A stretch of 24,000 nt of DNA from Candidatus Heimdallarchaeota archaeon (GTDB lineage: Archaea > Asgardarchaeota > Heimdallarchaeia > Heimdallarchaeales > Heimdallarchaeaceae). The position numbers were made by a program, and so were the translations under genes. Every line of letters begins with the position of its first letter. Position 1 is the first letter of the stretch. The notes under the pieces were generated by a model. The model saw nothing but the letters and a program-made list of their open reading frames with translations. It did no database searches and had not been told where the DNA came from. The DNA is taken from NCBI GenBank assembly GCA_023705905.1, contig BPTK01000014.1, positions 10,740 through 34,739 on the forward strand, given 5' to 3'. Positions 8,438 to 16,079 of the stretch are shown in pieces.

Positions 8438-9091
8438 TCAAAGGAACCTATGTTCTAAAGGTATTCCTAGTCCTGTTAGTGAAAATCCTTCGCTCGACAA
8501 ACCCATTTTAGTTAGCAAATCAACAACTGATGATTCTATCATCATCGATAGCTCTTCTCTACTTATTTTCTGTATTTCCTCGATGGAATATTGTCCCGAA
8601 AGTTCTCTCATTGCTTCTTTTATTATAAACAACACTTGCATTCTCATTTCTTTGGAAGAGAATTGGATTGAATCTTTTAAAATATTCAAGCAGAATACTT
8701 TCGGAGCGGAAATAGAAATCGATAGAGAACCTGACGCACCTATTTGTACATTATCTTTGGTTAATACTCCTTGTTCTTGAGGTATTCCCCACTTAACATT
8801 AAAAGACTGTCCTTCCAAGAAAACAATCTTCAAACCTTCTGTTCCTTTCTTCCTTTCTATTTTAAACATACCACTAGCTAGTTCGTCAATTATCTGCTCG
8901 TTTTCTATTACTACTGCTTTCTCAGCTATCTTTACTATCATCCCCTCTGTTTTCTTCAAATCAAAATCCTTTTGCCAGTTTTCATGAGCATGTGGATAAA
9001 CCCATGCAATCGTTTCTGAATCTCTTTCGCTTTTGATTATTCTTTTATCGTCAGAAGGACTAAAATCCTTTTTAATTATGAAAGACATCAT
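8438..9091 (-). CDS. SPFH/band-7-like protein (YdjI / COG4260-like)
   Basis: The motif order matches my recollection of the B. subtilis YdjI family: ETIAWVYP (compare DTLLWRYP), a beta-rich core with WGIPQEQGVLTKDNVQIGASGSLSISI (compare WGTPNPITLRD...RAFGIYSYRI), and a C-terminal helical part ending GFSLTGLGIPLE (compare SSFVVENISLPEE). A strong SD (GAGGTGA) sits just upstream of the ATGATG start, 11 nt after the stop of the upstream gene. Confidence 0.6.
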   Translation of the reverse strand: MMSFIIKKDFSPSDDKRIIKSERDSETIAWVYPHAHENWQKDFDLKKTEGMIVKIAEKAVVIENEQIIDELASGMFKIERKKGTEGLKIVFLEGQSFNVKWGIPQEQGVLTKDNVQIGASGSLSISISAPKVFCLNILKDSIQFSSKEMRMQVLFIIKEAMRELSGQYSIEEIQKISREELSMMIESSVVDLLTKMGLSSEGFSLTGLGIPLEHRFL

Positions 9092-9102
9092 TTCACCTCT
9101 AT

Positions 9103-10137
9103 TTATTGTTCAATTTCATAAAGCCCTGGGAAGTAGATCTTGTTTCCAGAACTGTAATCCTCATCAACTATTGCTAACCCTGTATCCTCTAGTTTCTTTA
9201 TCATTTGCAACACTCTTTCTATTGGCAGTTTGCATTCATTAACAATTTCTTCTCTTGTAGTATATCCCTTCTCCTTCGCTATTTCCATAATGTCTCTATG
9301 AATACTTGAATCATCGGCGAGAACAATAGTCATAGGAGTGTTGGAAGTCTTTTCTATAACACCAAGAATCCCTGAATCTTGTAGTTCAATAGCTACTCTT
9401 TCAAGATCTTCTACCTTAAACTCTACGTCAGGATATCGTTTTTGGAATATTTCAATGGTTTGGGAAAATTCTATAGATTTGATATCCTTCTCCATTAGAC
9501 TTAAACAAGTCTTGTGGAAATATTGTTTCAGTTTTTTGAAGTATTGCTTCTTATTGAAAAGTAAGGGTCTTGTTAATTCTTCATATTCATGGATTAGACC
9601 AAGAGTTTCAAGATAAGCTATATCACCTTCAAAGTCCTCACCTAATTTGCCAAAAAGGTCTTGAGAGGGTGCTAAAGTGTTAGTTAATACTCTTATCTTC
9701 AGCAAATCATCTATCTTTTGAACAGAACTCAATAGAAGAACTATTAGATCACGTACAGCTCCTTCACCTAAGGATAAGATGGTTCGCTCTAGATTTTGTA
9801 ATCCAACAGAAAAATCTTCAAATCGTGATAGTAATAAGAAATCTAGAATAATTATGGTTTCATGATGAAGAGTTAACTTTGTGGTATCCGTTTGTTCTAT
9901 TTGAGAGACAGTAGCAATTAATGTTTCAAATTGTGTTTTAACACCATCAACTGTAGTCTTTAGTTTTAGAAGAAGTTTCTTATTTTCTATTTTCAGATTC
10001 TTCATTATTGATAGGATATAATTTCTAACATCAATTATTCTTGAGTTAATCTCTAATTGAATTTTAGATTCATAACCATGAAATTCATTTACATTCGGAG
10101 GGAACTTAAGAAACTCTAAAGACATTTTTCCTGTCAT
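9103..10137 (-). CDS. helical protein with two C-terminal winged-helix domains
   Basis: 344 aa. The N-terminal 200 aa or so are predicted helical or coiled. The C-terminus carries two WH-like units: VEDLERVAIELQDSGILGVIEKTSNTPMTIVL and YTTREEIVNECKLPIERVLQMIKKLEDTGLAIVDEDYSSGNKIYFP. It appears co-transcribed with the SPFH gene (11-nt spacer containing an SD). Confidence 0.55.
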   Translation of the reverse strand: MTGKMSLEFLKFPPNVNEFHGYESKIQLEINSRIIDVRNYILSIMKNLKIENKKLLLKLKTTVDGVKTQFETLIATVSQIEQTDTTKLTLHHETIIILDFLLLSRFEDFSVGLQNLERTILSLGEGAVRDLIVLLLSSVQKIDDLLKIRVLTNTLAPSQDLFGKLGEDFEGDIAYLETLGLIHEYEELTRPLLFNKKQYFKKLKQYFHKTCLSLMEKDIKSIEFSQTIEIFQKRYPDVEFKVEDLERVAIELQDSGILGVIEKTSNTPMTIVLADDSSIHRDIMEIAKEKGYTTREEIVNECKLPIERVLQMIKKLEDTGLAIVDEDYSSGNKIYFPGLYEIEQ

Positions 10138-10159
10138 TTCTTCACACTTCTAAATTATG

Positions 10160-10188
10160 AACGTTCAAGCAATTAAGTGTTTTGCAAT
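10160..10188 (-). promoter_or_regulatory. conserved intergenic motif, copy A (aacgTTCAAGCAATTAAGTGTTTTGCAAT)
   Basis: 23 of 25 nt identical to copy B. It lies 27-51 nt upstream of the start of the WH/SPFH operon (10137). Confidence 0.4.
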
Positions 10189-10299
10189 GAAAGCAGACAG
10201 TTAGTAACTAGTGATTAGGAGTTAAATCATCAGACACATAATCTGAGTTATCACATCTTGTAAAAAATGGAATTAGATGGTTTAAGTCCAAAAGAAAAA

Positions 10300-13200
10300 C
10301 TACTTTTTCTTCCCTGTTCCTGTTTCTTCCCAGTTAGAGAATTGTTCTAGTAAATCATCAATAGCTGTTGTCATGTCTTCTCTCAACTCTGCACCTTCAA
10401 CTCTAGCTTCAAAGATTATCTCATCTCCTTCTATTCTATGAGGATATTCTAATGAGTAGATGTTTAACCAAGCTTTTAGTGATTTTTCGGTTTCAAACTC
10501 TACCAATGGTTTAAGTCTTGAAGTTGTTATTCTAGAGTAAGTATCTCTAATCTTTGCCAAACGGTCTAGTTTTTGATTATTGATTGTAGAGTTACTAATA
10601 ATTGGTGTTAATTCTTCAATTACTTTCTCAGTATTTTTTGAAGTTTCATGAACTATTGTAATTTTATCTTCAACTAAAGAAGTAATCGAGGAACTAAATG
10701 TTGAAGGAAGTTCAGCTAGAATCTCTCTGGAAGCACTAATATTGTTTCCTAATTCTTTTGCATTAGATAAGAAAGAAAGTAACTGAACATAACTAAATAA
10801 TACAGGTTTGAACCCTTTTTCTGACCAATTATGAGCTAGTCCGGATATAAGATCATTTGTAAAAGCATCAAGATTTTCAGCTGTTATCAAATTTATTGTA
10901 TCTAGTATTGTGCATCTGAACTTGTCTTCTAAGAAAGTTCTAGTACTTTTAAGAACACTTTCATATGTACTAATTTTATCTTTGCTAAATGACCTCTTTT
11001 TTGAATAAATGAGCATTAAATCTCTTGTTAAATCACTCAAAGATATTGTAAATTGATTGATTCTATCTATTGAAGAAGTTAAATCAAAAATAGTTGAAAT
11101 ATTAGTGAAAATGTCTTTAAATTCCTTCATTAATAAAGTATCATGCTTTCCTTGAAAGTTGTTCATGGTTCTTCTTAAGAGTAATTTCCTCTTTCTTGAG
11201 CGTATTAAACTTACAACCACAAGAGTTACTAAAGATAGAACAATTAATGGTAGAACAGCATAATATAGTATTATTTCAAATGTATTTAGATAGTTATCAA
11301 AACTTATTGGATTTTGATCATTTTGAACTTCCCATCCATCACTTCTTCCGTCCTCATCTGTATCGGGATTGGTTGGACTTGTAAAATAAAGATTGACTTC
11401 ATCACCATCGGTTAATCCATCATCATCAGAATCACTGTTATTGGGATCAGTCGAATAAGTATTTATCTCCGCTCCATCGGTTAACCCATCATCATCTGAA
11501 TCAGCATCATTAGGATCTGTATTATATGCACTTATCTCCGCTCCATCGGTTAATCCATCATCATCAGAATCAGCATCGTTAGGATTTGTAGAATTTTGAT
11601 ATTCTTCAAGATTAGTCAACCCATCAGTATCTAAATCACTAGAAGCATCATCAATTAGGGGATTGAGATCATTAGCTACTTCCCAACCATCAGGCATAGA
11701 ATCTGTATCGCTATCGTTATTACCAGGATCTGTGCCTTGGAGATATTCTTGAAGATTAGTTAAACCATCTGCATCTAAATCAAAAGCAGAATCATCAATT
11801 AAGGTATCTAGACCATATAAATTCTCCCAATCATCAGGCATATTATCACTGTCCTGATCCAAAGGTATATCATAAAAAACAATGTTACTCCAGTCAGAGA
11901 GCAAACCGTCTTCATCCATAGCTCTAACTCTAAAAAATTGAATCGGATCAGCACCAAGAATAACACTATAAAGCTGTATTGTCAAATAAGTTACATTATT
12001 TATTTCCCATCTTGCATAAGCTGCAGAACCTTCCCAGGGGGAGGTGACATCTGATTCTTCTACTATATATGAAACAATATATCCATCCAAGTCTTTAGAA
12101 GAGGACCAAGTTAGATTATACATTGAAGGTACTGTTTCCGGATGTATTTCTTCTAACTGAGGAGTTGAAGGTTTCGAGGAATCAACCGTATATTCAAATA
12201 TCTTTGACAGAGAGACTTTTCCAGATGTATCATTAATTTCGAAATAATATTGTATAGTTGTTTGATAAGGTAATTGTTGCTCAAGAATGTTATTTACGTA
12301 CAATGAAGCACCCAAATAATTTCCGATAGAAGATGTCCAAATTCCTCCTTGTATCTTATATGTGCAAATTACTGTGTCAACTTTCACGTCATCAACAATT
12401 CTTGATTTAATTGCAACCCTCCAAGATTCTACTAAATAATTACACTCTACAGAATTAATTGTAGGAGGTAGTAAATCATCATATTTAGTTGGGTAAGCAT
12501 CAAATGAACCCGCGCTTCCTTCAATAGAATAATTACCAACTTCGTTCCAATCTGACCAACAATTACCAAGAAACAGGCTTTCTTCATACCACATATTGTT
12601 TATTCCATAATCACTAGCTTGTATATTTCCACCTTTGTTACCTGCAAAGATATTTCCGTAAAAAATATTATTATCGGAACCGTAAGTTACGTAAACACCA
12701 TAATCAACGCTTGATAGAAAAAGATTATTTGATATATTACTATCATCCACATGGGACAATATTAGCCCAATGGCTTCCGAATTAATAGTATTGTTATAAA
12801 ATGTCAAATTATTTACATTTTGTGCATTAATAGCAGTAAAACGTCCATTTTTCACAGAGCAATTTGTTAATGTAATCGTCTCTGAATTCGCAATTTGTAT
12901 TCCATTCCAATTATTATTGGAATGAATATTTCGCAGAGTAGTATTAATACAATCTAATATCAAAACACCTAGATCTGAATTTGATACATCAATATTTAAA
13001 ACGGTAATATTTATACAATTTAATAAAAACATTTGTCCATAATCAACAGAATCTAACGTTTGATTTTCAATATTTGTACAATATCCAAAAGCTTTGCTGT
13101 TTATGCTATTATTGTATATGAAATATTTTAAATAATTTGCAATATTTGCTTCGTAAATAAATAAACCATCATTAATCAAAGTATTGTTACTTATTGTTGT

Positions 13201-13896
13201 ATAAGTTGAAATTGAAATTGAGATTCCATATCTTGAATTATTTTCACATGAATTTAACGTGATATTTGAACTTCCAGAAGCAACTAACTGAATGCCGATA
13301 TCATTATCTGTACAAGTGTTATTTATAATCTTGCAAGAAGGAGAATAATCTACAAAAAGACCATATTCTGAGCATTTTACAAAAGTGTTATTTATTACCT
13401 GAGCTGTACCTTGCGCAGTATTACTAATAAATAACCCATTTTGTCTAGCTTCAAAAAAACAATTTTGTACAATAAAGTGTTTTGTAGTTAACTTAATTTG
13501 TAAAGCATAGTCTAAGTGAGGAACTACTATTTGATAATTTTCAATTAAGTACGGAGCCTCTTCAGTTCCAGAGCCATTAAAACCATTGTCTACAAAATCT
13601 TGGTCTGATATTATTAGTAATGATTCATACAAAGTTGTAACATATGAACTTTTTATTTCTGATAATGTATCTGAAACATTTTTACCATCAAGAGGAGAAT
13701 TGAATGGTTTGATGATATTTTCAGTTGAGATAAAACTTCCAGAATTTGTTAAATTTCTACTTTCTTCAGGAAATATTAAGAACGATACCAAAGAATACAA
13801 TATTAACATTAACAAAAGAAAGCTTATTTTATATCTAGTAAATTTTTTGTAAATAGTATTTAAAAGAGCAAGATATTTATGAGTCTTAACATTCAT
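10300..13896 (-). CDS. giant single-pass receptor-like surface protein: parallel beta-helix (PbH1) + TSP3-like Ca-binding repeats + TM + cytoplasmic domain with shared WH/LLEQFSNWE tail
   Basis: N-terminal anchor ISFLLLMLILYSLVSFLIF. It has more than 10 PbH1-type repeats (NNTFVKCSEYGLFVDYSPSCKIINNTCTDNDIGIQLVASGSSNITLNSCENNSRYGISIS...). D-rich repeats follow (DSDNMPDDWE, DLDADGLTNLQEY, DADSDDDGLTDGAEI x3). A second TM segment IILYYAVLPLIVLSLVTLVVVSLI is followed by RSRKRK. The cytoplasmic region of about 290 aa ends in AIDDLLEQFSNWEETGTGKKK. Confidence 0.85.
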   Translation of the reverse strand: MNVKTHKYLALLNTIYKKFTRYKISFLLLMLILYSLVSFLIFPEESRNLTNSGSFISTENIIKPFNSPLDGKNVSDTLSEIKSSYVTTLYESLLIISDQDFVDNGFNGSGTEEAPYLIENYQIVVPHLDYALQIKLTTKHFIVQNCFFEARQNGLFISNTAQGTAQVINNTFVKCSEYGLFVDYSPSCKIINNTCTDNDIGIQLVASGSSNITLNSCENNSRYGISISISTYTTISNNTLINDGLFIYEANIANYLKYFIYNNSINSKAFGYCTNIENQTLDSVDYGQMFLLNCINITVLNIDVSNSDLGVLILDCINTTLRNIHSNNNWNGIQIANSETITLTNCSVKNGRFTAINAQNVNNLTFYNNTINSEAIGLILSHVDDSNISNNLFLSSVDYGVYVTYGSDNNIFYGNIFAGNKGGNIQASDYGINNMWYEESLFLGNCWSDWNEVGNYSIEGSAGSFDAYPTKYDDLLPPTINSVECNYLVESWRVAIKSRIVDDVKVDTVICTYKIQGGIWTSSIGNYLGASLYVNNILEQQLPYQTTIQYYFEINDTSGKVSLSKIFEYTVDSSKPSTPQLEEIHPETVPSMYNLTWSSSKDLDGYIVSYIVEESDVTSPWEGSAAYARWEINNVTYLTIQLYSVILGADPIQFFRVRAMDEDGLLSDWSNIVFYDIPLDQDSDNMPDDWENLYGLDTLIDDSAFDLDADGLTNLQEYLQGTDPGNNDSDTDSMPDGWEVANDLNPLIDDASSDLDTDGLTNLEEYQNSTNPNDADSDDDGLTDGAEISAYNTDPNDADSDDDGLTDGAEINTYSTDPNNSDSDDDGLTDGDEVNLYFTSPTNPDTDEDGRSDGWEVQNDQNPISFDNYLNTFEIILYYAVLPLIVLSLVTLVVVSLIRSRKRKLLLRRTMNNFQGKHDTLLMKEFKDIFTNISTIFDLTSSIDRINQFTISLSDLTRDLMLIYSKKRSFSKDKISTYESVLKSTRTFLEDKFRCTILDTINLITAENLDAFTNDLISGLAHNWSEKGFKPVLFSYVQLLSFLSNAKELGNNISASREILAELPSTFSSSITSLVEDKITIVHETSKNTEKVIEELTPIISNSTINNQKLDRLAKIRDTYSRITTSRLKPLVEFETEKSLKAWLNIYSLEYPHRIEGDEIIFEARVEGAELREDMTTAIDDLLEQFSNWEETGTGKKK
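11396..11590 (-). repeat. in-frame 69-bp tandem repeat (about 2.8 copies) encoding DADSDDDGLTDGAEI(S/N)xY(N/S)TDPN
   Basis: The unit ccatcggttaa(t/c)ccatcatcatc(a/t)gaatca recurs at 11405, 11474 and 11543, a period of 69 nt (23 aa). It lies inside CDS 10300-13896. Confidence 0.8.
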
Positions 13897-14070
13897 TGAT
13901 GAATCATCAATAACTGAATCAATATTTATTTAAACATTACGCTAATTTTTCTTCAAACTAATAATTGTCACTTGAAAAGTAGAATTAGTAGATGAAAGAA
14001 AATCGTTCATGAGAATGCACATGAAAAAATAACGGCGCTTATCAATGAATTCTTCCTTGGAGTTCTTTTC

Positions 14071-14103
14071 AACGTTAATTCAAACAATTAAGTGTTTTGT
14101 AAT
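14071..14103 (-). promoter_or_regulatory. conserved intergenic motif, copy B (aacgttaaTTCAAACAATTAAGTGTTTTGTAAT)
   Basis: It sits between the E2 stop (14151) and the start of the giant receptor-like gene (13896), in the same orientation as copy A. Confidence 0.4.
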
Positions 14104-14150
14104 TTAAGATAATCTAAAATTGAATAATGAGAAATAACCCACGTAATTAA

Positions 14151-14720
14151 TTACTCAACTTCTTTTTTTTCCCAGTGCTCAATTATCAGATTCTGTTGTG
14201 CTGCCCACCAATAAAACACCTCTCTAATAAAGAAGTGACTTATTGTTAATCTTGGATTCCAAGCTTCATCTACTGTTTCCATGTGCTCATGACAGATCAT
14301 AACGAACTTTTCTCCGTTCTCTTCTTCCCAGATATTCTTCAAAAACACTTTTCCTGCATATTCTGCTATTGATTCTTCTGCAAAAGCTCTCGGGCATGCA
14401 TTTGGATAAGCACTTGGTAGAAGTATCACCATTTTGAACCTTATTTCTGGTTTAGATGGTACTTGCAAATATCCATCCCACTTCATAAAATTGTATTTTG
14501 GGTTCTTACTTGGAGCTAGGAAAAACCAACTTTTCCCTCCTTTTTTCTGTAAAAATTGAACATATTTTGCTAGATTTAATATTTCTATTTTCACTCTTTC
14601 CTGCCATTTTGGATGCTTTGGATTAATTTCAGTTAGTGCTTCGGGGAACTTAACTAAAACTTTCTCTGCTAGCGTCTCTTCCCATTTATTGTTTTCTTCT
14701 GTTATTTGAATGACCCCCAG
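14151..14720 (-). CDS. UFC1-like E2 (UFM1-conjugating-enzyme-like); start codon unresolved
   Basis: Matches to my recollection of human UFC1: WFFLAPSKNP (compare WFRLESNKEG), a catalytic-Cys context FVMICHEHM (compare GKICLTDHF), and no HPN motif. The ORF track starts at a GTG at 14594. However, the frame is open back to 14720, and the extension (..LAEKVLVKFPEALTEINPKHPKWQERVKIEILNL) aligns with the UFC1 N-terminal helix (..[33 protein letters not shown]). Confidence 0.8.
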   Translation of the reverse strand: MGVIQITEENNKWEETLAEKVLVKFPEALTEINPKHPKWQERVKIEILNLAKYVQFLQKKGGKSWFFLAPSKNPKYNFMKWDGYLQVPSKPEIRFKMVILLPSAYPNACPRAFAEESIAEYAGKVFLKNIWEEENGEKFVMICHEHMETVDEAWNPRLTISHFFIREVFYWWAAQQNLIIEHWEKKEVE

Positions 14721-14724
14721 TTAT

Positions 14725-14988
14725 TTATCCTACTATCCCACGGTTGATAACTTGAAAAGCTGTTCCGTATTTGTTTATTATCTCATCCACTGTAGAGTTG
14801 AAATCTGTTATTGTAAGAGTGTTACCCATTTCTGAAGATACAGCTATCTGCTCAGTTGCTATACTGAATTTCTTTGCAACTTCTACAACTAATTCGTGGA
14901 AAATTATTTCTCCTGGTGTTTCAAAAGGTATCTGTTTATGTTCTGTTCCAACAACATTTGTAAAGTATATTCTTTTTAGTGAACCCAT
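14725..14988 (-). CDS. UFM1-like ubiquitin-fold modifier with pre-exposed C-terminal Gly
   Basis: 87 aa. ELVVEVAKKFSIATEQIAVSSEMGNTL and the terminal AFQVINRGIVG-stop parallel human UFM1 [27 protein letters not shown] and ELRIIPRDRVG(SC). It has a single terminal Gly preceded by Val, as in mature UFM1. Confidence 0.8.
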   Translation of the reverse strand: MGSLKRIYFTNVVGTEHKQIPFETPGEIIFHELVVEVAKKFSIATEQIAVSSEMGNTLTITDFNSTVDEIINKYGTAFQVINRGIVG

Positions 14989-15026
14989 CTTTATCCCTTA
15001 TTTACAATCTATTTATTTGTGTTTCA

Positions 15027-16079
15027 TTAAATCTTTTTCGCTAAATCCTCAACAATTTGAGCGATTTTAGCGAAATTTTCTTCTTTTTCTATGTTATTTT
15101 TGGTATTTCTAATCGTTTTTAACATTAACTCCCTCTTTTTCTCATTTTTTGAAGAGAAATATTCTACTCTAAATTCCAATAGCTGAAGGAAAGAGAGTAT
15201 AGATTCTTTATCTTTCTTCGAAACATAAAATTTCCAATTTACATTATCATAAAGAAATTCTATTCTTACCGGTTTAGATATTTTTCCCTCCGCTATTATA
15301 GTGTTTTTCAGCTGATAATACATGTCATCTATGAATGCTTGTTTCATCAAAGGTTTTATTGAAGAGAGAGTAGTTTTTTCTTGTGCGCATATGTTAGCAT
15401 GCAAATCCATAGTAAACACCAAATCATCAGCTTTTGCCAGATTATCTTCAAACACTGAAAATCTTACAAAACACTCATTTCCTTCAAGTTTGTCTGTAGA
15501 TATTGATCCACTTAACAGATTTTGTTTGTATTCTATCTGTTTAACTTCAAAACTTTCCAAAATCTCCCTCATTCTAGATGAAACTGTTTGAATATCTAGT
15601 TCAGTTCCTTGAGGAAGATTAATTTTTGCCTTTGCTATGAATCTTATTGATTGTGGTACTTTTATTGAACTAACCTTTACTTTGATTTCCTCTACAGATT
15701 CATCTTTCAGTTGGTAATATTTTGTCTCTTTCACATTGGTAACTATTGATAAGAAATATGGATAAACTGATGCAAACTGTTTAACTGTGTGATTATCTGT
15801 AGAACTATGGAACACTTTTCCTACATGGGAGTGATAGATCCCCACTATCCCTATTCCCCTAGGAATTGCTTTTGAGATTTCCATTACCTCTTCTTGTGAA
15901 GGCTCAGCAATTATTTGATTTTGCATTTTATATTGTTTGCAGGGAACACTTGAGACGACGAATAGCTGATCCTTATAGTCATAACCTAGCAACCAACCAT
16001 AGATTTCTATTGTAGGAAAAGCATATGCATGTCTCTTTATATCGTCTGCTACACTATTGCAAACATTTACTTTACTCAT
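15027..16079 (-). CDS. JAB/MPN+ (JAMM) metalloprotease with about 220-aa C-terminal domain of unknown function
   Basis: N-terminal 130 aa or so contain the Glu of EIYGWLLGY and the motif YHSHVGKVFHSSTD, which is HxH-x6-S-x2-D, one residue shorter than canonical HxHx7Sx2D. The start ATG overlaps the E1 stop as ATGA at 16076-16079. Confidence 0.8.
   Translation of the reverse strand: MSKVNVCNSVADDIKRHAYAFPTIEIYGWLLGYDYKDQLFVVSSVPCKQYKMQNQIIAEPSQEEVMEISKAIPRGIGIVGIYHSHVGKVFHSSTDNHTVKQFASVYPYFLSIVTNVKETKYYQLKDESVEEIKVKVSSIKVPQSIRFIAKAKINLPQGTELDIQTVSSRMREILESFEVKQIEYKQNLLSGSISTDKLEGNECFVRFSVFEDNLAKADDLVFTMDLHANICAQEKTTLSSIKPLMKQAFIDDMYYQLKNTIIAEGKISKPVRIEFLYDNVNWKFYVSKKDKESILSFLQLLEFRVEYFSSKNEKKRELMLKTIRNTKNNIEKEENFAKIAQIVEDLAKKI

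Noticed and set aside
8583-9616. Plus-strand ORFs 8583-8780, 9033-9242 and 9338-9616
   Set aside because: They are antisense to the SPFH-like and tandem-WH genes and have no start context or motifs.
8438-10137. ESCRT-II/ESCRT-III/Vps4 cluster, which often neighbours Ubl genes in Asgard genomes
   Set aside because: No AAA+ Vps4 (no Walker A or B motifs anywhere in the window) and no Snf7-like ESCRT-III protein are present. The WH protein alone cannot be assigned to ESCRT-II by eye.
11396-11590. Regularly spaced 69-bp repeats considered as a possible CRISPR-like array
   Set aside because: The repeats are contiguous and in frame, and they encode a DADSDDDGLTDGAEI Ca-binding motif within a long ORF. 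There are no unique spacers.
11196-13852. Plus-strand ORFs 11196-11384 and 13586-13852
   Set aside because: They are antisense shadows within the 1198-aa CDS.
13896-13917. C-box-like TTGATGA followed 11 nt later by CTGA (a possible C/D box sRNA)
   Set aside because: The first position is not a purine, no C'/D pair or terminal stem follows within 70 nt, and the site overlaps the start codon of the 1198-aa gene.
14721-14730. Possible Ubl-E2 fusion by stop-codon readthrough or frameshift at the gene junction
   Set aside because: The minus strand reads GGA TAA A TAA CTG. Stops close the Ubl frame and the E2 frame, and the third frame hits TAA within 10 codons, so no simple +1 or -1 shift yields a fusion.
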